A stretch of 64,000 nucleotides of DNA, taken from NCBI GenBank assembly GCA_025355855.1, contig JANXYU010000035.1, forward strand, positions 20,604-84,603, written 5' to 3'. Numbering within the stretch: the first letter of the stretch is position 1; each line of letters begins with the position of its first letter. Source of the DNA: Actinomycetota bacterium (GTDB lineage: Bacteria > Actinomycetota > JAHEXW01). A model generated the notes under the pieces. It had not been told where the DNA came from. It did not search any database and saw only the letters and a list, made by a program, of their open reading frames with translations. Position numbers and translations under genes: made by a program. Positions 19,901 to 34,900 of the stretch are shown piece after piece.

Positions 19901-22900
19901 TGTCTTTGACCGTTTCGATGACTTTAACGACGCCTCGCTCAATAGCAGCGTGTGGACCAACCTGGGCGGAGCGTCCGAAGGCAGTGGCACGCTGAACTTC
20001 AATGTCGACGCCTACAACTACAACGATTGGACGGCCGGCGGCCGCAGCGCGCCGGCGGTGAAATTGGCGACGCCGCCGACTGGCGACTTTACCGCGCGAA
20101 TCAAGATTTCCGCGTTCTCGGCGCAAGCCTATACTCAGGCCGGTATCTCCGCTTATAACTCTGATATCTCGGCTTATCTGATGGGGTTGGAGAATAACGC
20201 AACCGTAACGCGATACCAGCTCGACAAGATCGGCGGAACGGCTATCCCGGCGACTTACTACGCCAATAACCAGGCGACGAAGTTCCTGTATATCACCAGG
20301 TTAGGCGCAAGCTATATCTTCCAGATCTCAGACATAGACGGTACCAACCTGCAGCAGATCGGCACGACACCATACAACGACATTCCGTTGAGTAACGTCG
20401 TCCTATTCGCACGCGAATGGTACAACCCGGCGACCGGTACTTCCGGCTATCCGAGCGTAAACATGGACGACTTTTTTGTCCAGAAATATTCCGGTACGGC
20501 CACCGCGTCTACTTTCGTCAACAATGTCACAGTGGGTAATCCCGGAGCGGAAAATATGGACGGGCCGTTGGCGACCGCTTACGCGGCCAGCGGTTCGCTG
20601 GTTTCATCCGTCTTTAACTCCACATCCCCCAACGATTGGGGCTTGGTTAAGTGGACGGAGAGCGTCCCGACGGGTACGAGAATTACGATTCAGGTACGAC
20701 ACAACACGACTGCCGCCGACAACAATCCCGAAGACGGGGGTTGGAGCGCTTGGTCGGCTCCGATAACCGTATCGGCCGGTGAACAGATTCCCGGATTTAA
20801 CGCGCAGTACATTCAGTACAAGGTGAACATGTTCGCCAACTCTAACGCGACTAAGACGCCGGTTTTGAACGACATCACTTTCTATAACGGAGTCCTGGAG
20901 ACTTGGGACACAACGTCGTTACCTCTAGGAGACGGCTCATACACAATCCGCCTGCTAGTGTCCGATCAGCTGACCGATCCGCCTGATCCGTGGAAAACTG
21001 ACGCTCCCGGCAAGCACTCGATTTCCGCTCAGGTCGTCGTGAATGTTGAAAACACCAGCAAGCCGACATCAACCATAACAGCCCCGGCAATTGCGCCACC
21101 GAAAAACACCACGGCCGTACAGATCAAAGGCACGACCGATGTCACGGGTACCGGTTACGACGAGTTCCCGGGCGTGGGTAAAATCGAGATCAGAGTGAAG
21201 AGAAGTTCCGACGGTCTCTACTGGAGCGGCAGCGGCAACAATTGGTCGTCCAATGCCAACCAATGGATTTTGACGACCGATATCGAGGGGGCGGCGGCGT
21301 ACCGGTATTGGAAATACTCACTCAATACAACGTTGCAGGATTCCGGAAACTCGGTCTTTACCGACGGTTTATATACGATTGAATCTAAAGCGACGGACAA
21401 AGCGGGGGCCCAAGCGCTGTTAAGTCCGGATCCCTATCCTTTGATTACCATTAGAATAGACAATACCCCGCCGACCGGATCGATAACGTTCCCGGCGTCC
21501 AATGGCTATGTCAGCGGCGGGTTTGTCTCTGTTGACGGCGGCGTCAACGATCCGCCGGACGACGCCAACCTTCTTGACTTCAAACTAGAATATCGCAAAA
21601 CCGGGGCGTCGACCTGGAACGTGATCGCCAACGATAGCTATGAACATCCGCGGCTGCCGTTAGGTACCCGCTACTGGAAGCAAACGTCCGGCGCGGACTT
21701 CAACGCCGGTTCGAACGCGCTGGCCAACGGTAACGGAACGACCTTGATGGCCACAACCGTTTTGGCTCAAGGCACGACGACAACCGCCCTGGCGGATACG
21801 CTGTATCTGGGCGGCGCCTGGACCTTCGACGCCAACAGCGGACTATATACGCTGGTTTTCGCCAATCGTACGCTGCTTGCCGACGTCGATTTCCTGACGC
21901 TGCAAGGGGAAGTCAGGTTGGCGCCCGGCTCGTGGCTGCCGTATCGGACTATCCTTTTGGTCGGCACGACTACGACCAGCTTCGACGATACCACCAATAT
22001 CGGCGGTGTCTGGTCGAATGCCAACGGACTATATACTTTAATCACGGCCAACCGCTTGGTGTCGACCGGAGTCACCTTGCAAGGCAAGTTGAATATGGGC
22101 GGGCGGGTCGAGATGGATAGGTTCTTGTTGACGGACGGCTTTAACGGGTCATCTATCAACGGTACGAACTGGCTGAGTGTCGACACGGGCGGTAACATGT
22201 CAGTAGCTAATGCCGTCTCGGTCAACGGCCCAAACGATTCACAGCAGATGACATACACGCCGGCTTTGGCTACGGTACGCAATTTTGACCGGTCGACCAC
22301 GCAAAACATCGAGGCGGACTTCACTTTCAGCAGCTTTACGGCGACTTCCTTGGGCAATGCCGGCACTTATTTCGGCTGGAAGAACACGACATCGCTCTAT
22401 GACCTCGGGCAGTATGTCCACGCGTTTTGGATTTTCAACGGCCAGGTTAATGTTTATAACAATGGCGCCTCGGCCAGTACAGGCTACTCTCTGACAGCCG
22501 GTGTCAAGTACCGTTTACGGGTCGATCTGAAAACCGCCGGCGGAGCGACCTACTATTTCAGTAACGACGGAGGTATGACCTGGACTACGGCCTACGACAC
22601 CGCCGCCGGCACGGCTACGCCCCTTAAGGCGGGATTCACGAATAACAAGTATCCCTACCTCGGTTATCCCGTCAACACTTTCACGTTCGACACTGTGACT
22701 ATTCAAAAATATCTGACCGGTCCGAGCACCTACACGTCGGCCGTTTACGACGCCGGCGCATCCATCAACTGGAACACCACCGGCCAGATCAAATGGAGCG
22801 AAGCCAACGTCAACGGAACCACGAGCGATGTTACACTGCAGACGCGAACCGGTTCCTCGGCGACCGCCGGAGATCAAAACTGGACCGGCTGGAGCACGTC

Positions 22901-25900
22901 GTATACCAACCCGGCCGGCGAAGCCATCACGTCGGTGCCCAATCGCTATATCCAATACCGTGTGTCCGAGACGTATACAGGCACCTATGCCCCGAACTCG
23001 CCACTGCCTGCCGTGGGCGATGTAACGTTAAGCTACACCGGCGGTACGGGCGCCAGTCAACTGGAATACTGGAATACATCCGGGTTGCAAGAAGGCACCT
23101 ATACGCTGCGCCTGACAATTACAGACAAAGCCGGCAACACCAATACGACGCCGATTGAGAGCAAACCGGTAACGCTGGACAAGACGGCGCCGCACGCTTC
23201 TTTGAACAATATTGGCACCGTTTTCGGCGCCAAGCGCTATATCCGGGCTAACATCGGCTTAACCGGCACGGCTGACGACGGCATGTGGACCAATAGAATG
23301 CCGATAGCGATCACTAACCCGACCGGCAGCGCGCAGACCGATTACCAAGTCAAGGTCCCCGTTACGTTTGCCGCGGGCATGCGGTCGGATTTCAATGACC
23401 TGAGGTTCACGGATGGCTCGGGCAACAAGTTGCCGTACTGGATCGAGACATTTACCGCCAGCTCGGCCGCGACGGTCTGGGTTCTGTTGCCGGCACTGCC
23501 GTCGCCGGGCGGCACGACCATCTATATGACGTATGGCAACAGCGCCGCCGACGTCACTAACCAATCTTTCAACAAAGTTATGCGCGACGCGAACGATATG
23601 GCCAATGCCTACCGGCAGGATCTGCCGGTCACCGGCGCTGTCGGTCTCTGGCATTTAGAGACGCCGACAACCAGCGGTCTCAACTACCTCTGGACCGATT
23701 CCACGGCCAACGCGAATAACGCGGTACTAGACAACGGCGCTTGGTCGTACACCCAGTATGGGCATATGCAAGGGGCAGCCGGCGCTTACTTCGACGGCAT
23801 TGATGACGTCGCTACCGTTGCCAACAGCGCTTCACTGCAAGCCTTGACCGGCAACGCGACCTTTGAGTTCTGGATCTACCCGCAGAACATCAGCGCCGGC
23901 CGGTCCAATCCGATCGACAAATCATATGGCGGTCAGTTCTCCTTTACGCTGGAGACAAATGGCAGCTTGACCTACTATCATGGTACAGCCAAGACCAACG
24001 GCAGTTATACCACCTTCATGGCGGTGCCGCCGGGTTCGTTAGAGAATAATAACTGGTACCATGTCGCGGTCGTGCGGGATAATACGGCCAAGACTTTAAA
24101 GGGCTATCTGAACGGTGTTCTTGTCAGCTCGACAACCTACACGATTCTACCGGGCGCCGCGACGGATAACATGACGTTTGGAATCGGCTACGCCGGCACG
24201 CCGTTCAAGGGCTTGTTGGACGAGGTGCGAATCAGCAACGCCGCCTTGACGTCAGACGCGATCATGAAGGACGTCGGCATCCGGAAATGGTCCGCCAGCG
24301 AGCCGGTCGCGGGCGCTCCGGGCGCGAACGCGGCCAACATATATGAGTGGGGTAATTTCGGGCATTACGAATTAACCTTTGCCGGGCCGGAAGGCGGAAC
24401 AATCCCGCCGGCATTCGCGGGCGGCACGACGCCTGTTACGGGGGGCGCGCTGGGCACTTGGAACACCCGCGCCGTTCAGGATGGCGATAACTATTCGGTT
24501 AAGCTCTATGACATCGATTTGGCTAATAACACCGCGACGACCAGCCTTACCGGTATGACGATCGACAATACCCCGCCACGCGTTTCGTCAATGGTTCCGG
24601 CGAAGAACGAGACTTTTGTCGATGACCGAATCTCGCAAAAGGCGTATTTCACCGAATCTGTTCGGGCGGCTACGCTGGATACGCCAGCCGTCTCATTTAC
24701 CAAGAAGCTAATGAATTTGCCGAACACGCTTGTGGCCGGAACGGTCAAATATACCGAGCTCGGCGCCATGTACTATGCGACCTTTACCCAGACGACACCG
24801 CCGCTTACCTATGACGCCTGGTATACGGATACCATTTCCCCGGCCGTCAAGGACCAGGCGGGCAATCCGCTGGCCGTAGCGTTTGAGGAAACCGACGCGC
24901 TTGTCTCGTATACCGGCACCGGCTGGACCGACGCGACGAGCGCCAGCGCCAGCGGCGGCGCTTATAAGTGGTCAAACACCGCCGCCGATGATGTCACTAT
25001 CGGCTTCGATACAGACACGGCCGCGGGGACGGGAACGGCCGTGGCTTGGGTCGGCCAGAAAGGGCCGAACCGCGGTATCGCTCGCGTTTATCTGGACGGT
25101 GTAGATGTCGGCACAATCGATCAGTACTCGGCCACAACGGTTTGGCAACAGCCGCTCTATAAGACCGGCGATTTCACCAACGGACATCACACGTTGCGCA
25201 TTGTCGCCACCGGCACGAAGAATGGCGCGTCGTCCGATACCAGGGTCGATGTTGACGCTTTTTGGCTGGACTTCAACACGGTCTGGAACTTCCAGGTGGC
25301 GGGGATCGAAGTCGGCATAAGCTCGCCGACCCCGAATCAACGACTGCGCGGTACGGCGCCGATCACCGGCACGGCGGACGGCAGCGTTGCCAGCTTCCAG
25401 AATTGGATCCTGGAATACGCGCCTCATGGGACGAACAGCTGGACAAACATAACGACCAGCACCACTCGAGTCGTCAACGGTTTGCTGGCCAATTGGGCGA
25501 CACCGGCCAGCGGCCAGTATGACGTGCGGCTGACGGTCAACGATACCACCAGCCCGACCCCGAGATTTAAACAGAAGACGGTAGTGGTGACGGTTGACAA
25601 CACCAACCCGACGGTAAGCGTCGATAGGCTGACCTACTTCCGTGACTCGTTTGACGCCCGCGACGCGACCAATTGGAGCTATAACAACGCGCTGACAACC
25701 GTTCCTGTCTCACTAAATGGTCAGAACGTAATTCGTAACGTCGGAGCCGGCGGTCAGACGTGGGCCAGTAATTTCTACCGGCCGAACTATACCATCAAGG
25801 ATCGCGACCAGGTGTCATTTGACTTCAGGATGGCCAGCGGGGCTACCTCTTTCTACAACTTCCTGGAAGGCAATGATAACCAGGGCGAATACATGCGCTG

Positions 25901-28900
25901 GGGTATCGTCGCCACGGCGCCGTCAAGCATCGTCGCGGAAAGCAAGGATAAGTCCGGCTACGCGAGTACCGCACTTGCTCTGGGAGACATGACTAATAAA
26001 TGGTTCCACGCGACGCTGTCAGTGGACGATGCCGCAGCCGGGACTTTCTCGACATTTGTTTATGAAATAAATAACCCGGGCAACAGCGCGACCTTTACCA
26101 AGGCGATGCCGCGCGGCATTTCGTGGCGCTTCCATAGCTCTATGGACGTGGGAACGGGATATATCGATAACTATGAGGAAGTGCGGCCCGCAGCCGCGAC
26201 GGTCATTCAAGGTCAATCATTTACGCTCGCCGGTACGGCAAATGACGCCCTGACGGGCATCGACGACGTGCAAATCAATATTGACGGGCGAGCCTGGTGG
26301 GAACCGATGGGCCCGTCGACGATAGTTGACACGTGCGATGCGATTGCGGGTTGGGCCAGCTCGTCGGGCACCTTATTGCTTAACGCACCCGACATTGTCA
26401 GCAGTTTTAGTTCTAACGGAACATTCGTCATGCCCAGCGGGCCGAGCACGGTTAAAGCGCTTGTGGTTGGCGGCGGCGGCGGCGGGGCCAATACCGGGTC
26501 CGGCGGCGGCGCCGGAGGCTATATATACCAATCCGCTTTGTCGCTAACCCCGGGTAGCTATCCTATAGTGGTTGGCGGCGGCGGCGCGGGCGGCGCGACC
26601 ACCGCAGCTGCCGGAACAAAAGGCAATAATTCGACCTTCGCCGGTATGACAGCCGAGGGCGGAGGTAATGGGGTATCGCACGGCAGCGGCAACGGCGGTA
26701 ACGGCGGCAGTGGCGGCGGCGGCGCGATTTCGACAACAACTCTGTTTGCGGGCGGTACAGGGTCGCAAGGCAACGCCGGCGGTGCCGGTTTCCTTGAAAC
26801 CAACTGGCTCGGTAATAGCGGCGGCGGCGGCGGCGCGGGAACCGCGGGCGTAACCGGAGGAAACTACCCCGGCGCCGGTAACGGCGGCACCGGTCTTAGT
26901 AACTTTATTTCAGGATCGGCTGTGACATATGCGGGCGGCGGCGGCGCTGGCGAGGTCAACGGAAGCTACGTTGGCGTTGGCGTCGACGGCGGCGGCAATG
27001 CGAACGTGAACGCGGCCGGTTCCAACGGGGTCAACGGCCGGGGCGGCGGCGGCGGCGGCGGTTCCTATAATTCTGGAACCTATACCAACGGCGGCAGCGG
27101 CGGATCCGGAGTGGTGATTGTCAGCTACGCCGATTCCAGCGGCACGTCCCAGATCGAAGGCAATTCCGCGTTGCGGCTGCAAAAGACGTCAACAGCTTCG
27201 ACACAGAACGCCTTTAGTAAAACAATCAGTGCGACTGATATGAGCGGCAAGCGGATCAATGTCTGGCTGTATGTTCGTGACGCTACGGCTCGCAATAAGA
27301 TTTCCCAAGTCCAAATGTACGTCGGCGGATCGACCTGGCTGCTGCAGAAAGCAGTCGACCGGAGCAGTTTGGCAATAGGTTGGAACACAATCTCCATCGA
27401 TATGATGAGCCCGGACGGGGTTTGGTTCAGCGGGGGTACTCCCGATTTGCGCTCCGTAACCACGATTAGGCTTGACGTGAATACTAACAACGCGTCTGAC
27501 TTATACGGTAGCGGTGAATTCATCATGGACCGCTGGACCTTATCGCCGTCGACCCGGGTCGATCAATCTGTGGGGACGACTTCCACCGGGCTGGTCGGGG
27601 ACTGGCATCTCGACGAGAATGCCGCGACGACGGCAATCGATTCTACCGGCAACAATAACGGCACAGTATCGGGTACCGGCTACTGGACCACCGGGCGCTA
27701 CGGCGCGTCCGCGATGTTGGGCAGCGGCGACGATATGGTCAACGTGCCTGAGACCAACACGGCGCTCAGATTAGGCGCTCAGCAGAGTACGGAAGCGTGG
27801 GTAAAATTCAACGGTACCGCGGCGGATTCGGTTCGCCTGGTCGGCAAAGGCAACGGTAATAACCGCAATTACGGCCTCTGGTTAATGACCGACGGATCGA
27901 TTCTTAATCAATTCCAGAATACCTCGTGGGCAGTTTATAGTTGTCAATCAACCACAAAGGTTAATGACGGGGCCTGGCATCACGTGGTCGGCACGTATAA
28001 CGGCAGTGTCATGAAAGTCTACATCGATGGCGTGGAAGCTGCCTCCTACAGTCCTGGAGCGATAACGCCGGTTACCTCGGTCGATCCGCTGACGATTGGC
28101 TACGGCAACGCCGGCGCCGCCTTGAACGGCGTCATCGACGAGGTCAAAGTATATAATGTAGCGCTCACGGCCGATCAGGTATCCAGCCGCTACGTAGAAG
28201 GGCCGGTAACCAGCGGTTCGCCTTATCTGACTTACCAAGGCAACTGGCGCCACCTGCTTAACCCGGTCGGTACCTACATGAGCGGCGGCAGCGTTAAGAC
28301 CAGCAATCACGCGACTGATACGGCGACAGTTACGTTCACCGGAACGTCCGTTACCTGGATCGGTACGCGCGGTCCGGACCGAGGAATTGCTCAACTGTTT
28401 GTCGACGGCTTCCGCGTGACGGACGGCGATACTCTGCTTACTGGAGATACAGGTACGGGGTCGAACGGTTTGCCAAACATGAGCGGTTTTGACCTCTACA
28501 GTGTAGCCGGTTCGTACCGGCAACTCCTGTACACCAAGAGCGGTTTGTCGAATGCTCAGCATACGTTGACAATAACTGTTACCGGCGCGAAAAATGGTGC
28601 CGCGACCGACGGTTATGTCGATGTTGACGCCGTCGACCTCGGCAACGCATATCCCTGGACCTATACCTTTAGCACGGCCGGTTGGGCCGCGGGCGCCCAT
28701 ACGCTAACGGCCCGAACTTTTGATAAGGCCGGCAATACGGCGACCGCGCCGACTGCGTATACGATTAATATTGACGACGCCGATCCTGTCGTTGCCCTAA
28801 CCAGCCCGGCGGATGGCATTTGGTCCAACGCGTCCGCCTTTGACATCAAAGGCCGGGCGACCGACGCCGACTTCAATTACTATATGCTGGAATACGGCTT

Positions 28901-31900
28901 GACCGCCTCGCCGTCTTACTGGTTCCCGGTCAACTCGAATCCGCGCTACAATCAGGTGACGGGCACCCCGCCCAACGATTATCTCGGTAAATTCAAGCCG
29001 CCATATGCCACACTCGACCCAGGCAACCAATTCCTGGCTGGGTGGGACCGTGCCAGCGCGGAAGGCTGGACGGCCGCCGGTTTTACGGCCGGACTTTCGA
29101 ATGGCGCTATCGGCGGTACGACCAATTCGACCGACGCCAGCTTGACGAGTCCGGGGATTGCCCTTGACAGTAACGTGTCTAAGGTCTTGCACGTGCGGAT
29201 GAAGAACGCCAATACAGCGGGCGATTCCGCCCAGTTCTACTGGTTGTACAGCTACCCCTATTCGGGATATTATGTGACCGGCAATGAATTTCTGCAACTC
29301 GGCGAGCTGCAGCCGACAACCCAGAATGAAAACGGCACATTCTCGGCGAGCCGAGGCATCTCGTGGCCGCTTGGACCGGCCAGTTACGCCGGTAAGTGGG
29401 TCGACTATCGCCTGAACATGAAGACCGGACAGGTTAGCGGTACGGCCAGAACGGAAGGCCCGACCACGACCACCGGTACCTGGACGACGGAGACCAATCC
29501 CGACGCCAGTGACGGTACCTCGCTGTACGCGACCGCCGCCGGCTCGGCGTCATATACGTTTAGCAACAACAATATCTCGGTCTTTACGACCAAGGGACCC
29601 AATCGCGGCAAGGCGCGTGTGTATTTTGACAACGCGTTAATAGTGGACGGGGACAATAAACTGACGACCGACAACCCGAACGATATCAACAAGTCCGGGC
29701 TTGATCTATACGCTCCGGTCACCCTGGGCCAACAGCTGGTCTACAGCAAGACGGCGATTCCGGATGTCTATACTTTATCGTCACCACGCACGCTGTCCAG
29801 CGGGTCGTCACTCCAGAGCCAGATGAACCTGACCGCCGGATCCGTCTTATCGATTGGCTCGACGCTAAAGATCGGCACCATCGCTCAAAATGCCGGCGAC
29901 GTCGCCAATATCGGCGGCTTTTGGACCGGAACCGGCCCTTGGACCCTCATCGGCACGCGCGCGATCATCAACAGCAACGTGGGTCTTCAAGGACCGTTAA
30001 CGGTAGTCCAAGGAGCGATCTTGCTCGCAAACTCCGCTATCAATACGAACTCGACAACCAACTCCTTGGTCGATACGCTTAATGTCGGCGGCAACTGGGT
30101 ATTCAGCAATACTCATACGATAAAGATCGAGTACACGGGTGAGAAAAACACCCTCTCCACCGGGACCCGAATCGATGTTGACGCCTACGAGGATACGTCT
30201 CTGCTGCAGGACTACCCCACCGGCTGGCCGGCGGTAGGCTTCTGGGCCGGCACCATCACCCAGATCAGACTTGATCCTAATTCAACCAGCGGCAACATAT
30301 TCGGTGTTGACTACATATCCCGGGAGGCGTCGGACGGCGTCTATAAGATCCGCTTGAGCGCATACGATAGGGCCGGACGGACCGCATCCACGCAAAGAAC
30401 CATAAACGTCGATACCACGCCGCCGAAGTGCATTCTAACGACGCCGACCAATATGCAATTCCTGTCCAGCGGCACCAACGTCAGCGTTACGGGCAACGCC
30501 GGCGACTACAACACCAACGGTGTCCAGAGCGGGGTCAACAAGGTTGAAGTCAGGGTTATCGCGGGTGTCAACGGCTTGACCGCGAATCCGGGTCCGTGGC
30601 AATTGGCAACGGGCACGACCAGCTGGAGCAAGACGATAAGTATCGCCGATGGCTGGTACGGGGTGCAGGCGCGCGCTACGGATAACGCCGGCAACATCCG
30701 GGAATCGAACATCGTCTATGTCACCGTCGACAACACACCGCCGCCGGTGCCGCGCTTGCGAGCGGTTACGTCCAAAACCGCGGGCGGAATACTCTTATCC
30801 TGGACGCCGGTCAAGGATGAGGGGTCAGGCGTCGACTACTATGTCGTCTATCGGAACAATGTTCCGATCACCGATAAGCTGTACTATCCGGACATGCGGA
30901 CAATCGACACCGTGGAAACCGGTACTACGCCAAAGAACTTCGGCGGTTCCAGCGACGAGATCTTCCGCAAATATTATGGCTGTAACGCGATCGATAAAGA
31001 CGGGTTTGGCTTTAACGCGAACGCGAACGTCAGATACGCGGTTCGCGCCGTAGACGCCGCCGGAAACTATTCGGCTAAGTACAGTCTGGCCGTGTACTAT
31101 GACACCAGACCGCCGGACGCGCCGGGTAACCCTGCCGCGTCGGTCGCCGGTGTCACCAATACAGGTCTGCTTTCATGGAGTCCTTCGGCCGACAACCAGG
31201 GCGTCGCCGAATACCGGATATATCGCGGTACTTCGCCGGGCTTCGTCGCTCCTGACGAAACGAAACAGGTCGGTTCCTGCGACGTGTCCGATCCGGGTAG
31301 CGGCGCCACAACGGTCACCAAGTTCTACGACCCGAATCTAGCCTGGAACCAGGACTACTACTATAAGGTAGTGGCCTTCGACGATATGATGAACTACTCA
31401 TCTCCGAGCGCCGAGGTCCATATCAAGACGCCGGCGTCCAAGACCGACTTTAACAGCGCCCTGCCTCACCTGGCTTATTCCAGCAATCCGACCGAGTGCG
31501 CCTTGTGTCACCGGGCGCATACGGCCAAAGGCGAGAAGCTAATCAACGAGACATATGAAGCCAAGTTATGCTTTACCTGTCACGACGGCTCCGGTTCGAA
31601 CTCCCCGACCAAGGCCGAGTTCGACTACTCGCCATCCGGCGCGCATCGTGTCCGAGACGAGCTGTATCCGGCGGGCAAGTTGTCTTGTATCGATTGTCAT
31701 AACCCGCACTTGAATACGGAAGCGGCCTCGGTCGACAACTTTGACGATGACCTTAGGCTTAACACCGATCCGGTTACAGGTAAGCCGATATCCATAATTC
31801 CCACCGTCCCCAGTGATTGGACCTGCACAGGCGGGAATTGGGCGATGTCTACCAGCCTGATCGGCAGCCCGGCCTATCCTGATCCGACCCACGCGGAGCT

Positions 31901-34900
31901 GCGCCAATCAGACACCGGCGCGAGTGCCGCGTTCGCCAAAAAGGATACCGGCTTGGTCGGAATTGCCAGCAAGGGCGGCTACTTCTCAACAGAGGTGAAA
32001 CTCAATAGTGACGGCCGGGCTTATCTAAGCATCGCGGGAGACGGATCGGCCTCCAGCGGGCTGATTGGCTCGATTACGCGGACGGGATCATCGGCTGTCT
32101 TCTCACTGACGGATGGTATCACGACCAAAACCGCCAGTTTCGCGTACGATTCCGCGATTCAGTATCGCATTAACTTAAAGATCAACCCGGAGCGCTGGGT
32201 GCAAGGAACCGTTACTACGGTTACCAAGGCCGATCTGCCGGACGGTCACGATACGATAACCGACGCGGCGGTTGCGCGCGGCGACTTCATCGCTAGCGCC
32301 ACTTCGTTTGTGGGCTCCTGGGTCGGTCTCGGCACCAGCGGCGCGTCGGCCGATTTTGACATGGTCAAGATCAATAATCCGGGCATGCTCCAGACTCGCT
32401 ATCGCGAGTTCACTCAGACGTCAGGTTCCAGCTATAGCATTCCCGATGACCGTGTTCTTACCGAAGCGTTCTGTCTGTCCTGCCACGGCACGTCGAATGA
32501 CAACCCGGGCGGCAGCCAGATGCAGTACTATACCTCCATCCATAACCCGGAAATGGGCGGCATGCAGGGTCAGATCAGCGACCAAGACTTAACCAACTAT
32601 GTCCGGAACAACCCGGGCCAGGTCACGCCTCGTTGGCAGGTTATCCGGGATGAATGGAAGGATCTTAAGACCAATCCTGCCTACGTCCTGTTGGGCACGG
32701 GACAAACCATCGGGTCATCGCTGAAGAATACCTCGAACGGTTGTTTCTACTGCCATGGCTACCACGGCCTGCAGTTCTACTATAGAACGCAGAAGGGCGA
32801 GGAAGAGCTGTGTTACAACTGCCATGGTCGGACGGCCAACAAATCCAGGGACGGCTGGAATGTCTACCAGCAATACAACGGCTTTGTCCAGCAGAACTCG
32901 CCCTTCCTGACCTACGCGGGCACCTGGCTGACCGAGGAAAGCGCCAACTATGGCGACAACGCCGTCAAATACGCCGTCGGCGGCGTCGTTGTCCCGCCCT
33001 GGTACAACGCCTCGTGGGTAAGCCGGAAACTGATCACGATCAATAATCCAAACGTCGGCGTGGACAACTATCAAGTCAAACTGACTATCGCCAAAGAGCC
33101 CGGCATGAAGGCGGATTATTCCGATCTTAGGTTTGCCACCTCAGACGGCACGACGATGCGGACTTTCTGGATGGAGAAATACGATTCCGCCTCGGCTATC
33201 GTCTGGGTCAACCTGCCGCGTTTGGACAGCGGCAACAGCTCCAACAACAATAAACTCTATCTATACTATGGCAACCCCGGCGCGGCGTCGGCCTCCAATA
33301 TTGTCGGAACGTTCCTATACGCCGATGACTTTACCGCAACAACGATCGACTCATCCTGGTCACCGGTCGGTTCGGTGACAATGGACGGAACCGCTGCCGG
33401 TTGGGTTACGCTGAATTCCGTCGGCGCCACCGGCCCGGCGACCATTACTCATAGCTATCCGGTCCAGACCGGCGACTATGTGGTTGAGGCTAAGGCGAAG
33501 TTCCCGTCCGTCTACCGTCAGCGCCCGCGTCTGTTGAAATCGGACAACACCGATCCGACGGGCATCACCGACTACGGTTTCGGCGACAACCAGGTAACTG
33601 TCACCGCCTACGGCGGCGGCACTACCTTGACCGATTACATGACCAGCTGGTGGAATGGTGATCCGTCAGCGACAACAGCAGTACCCCCGTGGGACAACAA
33701 TGCCGGGAACGACTATGTTACCGGCTTGACACCGCAGGAACTCTTGATGCAATATAAACTGCAAGCCTCACCACAGCAATTCACCTGGCAATATTACGAC
33801 TACGCCGGTTATAACAGCGGCGGCGCCCCCCTGCGGACGCACAGCACGACCGGCGGAACCACCAATACCTATGCTAAGGTTCAATTCTCGGGTTCGCAGA
33901 GCGACAACTCCGACTGGCTGATCGATTGGGTCCGCGTTCGCAAGTACTTGCCGACAGACCCGACGGTCGTCTATAGTCCCCCTGACGGCACAACGGCCAA
34001 TTCGGTTTCCTTCACGTTCACCGGAACGGAATTCTCCTGGGCCTCGACCAAGGGACCGGATCGCGGCGTCGCCACCGTCTTTATCGACAATGTCTCGCAA
34101 GGCGACGTAAACTTGCAGCTGCCGCCCGAGCAAGGTTATCTCTACAACACGACCGTATTCAACAAGCAATACCTGTCACTGACGCCGCACACCGTAGTCA
34201 TCACGGCGAAAGCCGGCCGAGTCGACATCGACGCGGTTCAGGGCGGCACCAACGGTTCACGCCATGGTTTGACGATTCGCGACGCCCAGATAAAATGTAC
34301 CAGCTGTCACGGCCAGCGGGCGATGACCGACCGGCATGTCTACGAGGGCTTTGCGACGTCGATTATCGCCAACCCGGCTAATATCAAGCAGTACTGGTCT
34401 GACATGCGCAACGTCAACAAGACAATCAATGACTACTGCAACACGTGTCACAAGGAAGCGGATACGAGAGGCCGCGTCTTGCGCGAGACCCATACGTCCA
34501 GCAAGATCATTCCTTATACCATCAAGTATCCGCCGCTGATCACTACGACCTCGGCTAACGGTTTCGACCGGACCGGTTATACCCTGGGCGATATCTACCC
34601 GATCCAGGAGAACTTCACTGGCGTGGTGAAATATCCGCTGGCCGCTTGGACGACCGATTCGCCGGGTACGGACGATTATGAAGGCGGCGAGGATATCTAT
34701 AGTTCGCCGACCAGCCCCGATATCACCGCTTACGTAGAGTACACGTTCACCGGTACCTACTGCGCCTACGTGGCGCGCTATGGACCGGACAGCGGAATCG
34801 CTCAGGTGCTCATCGACGGGCAACGCTACACAGACGGCAACGTCTCGTTGCCTGGGGATAACCCCAACGAATACTCGGGTGTCGACCTCTATAGCTCTGT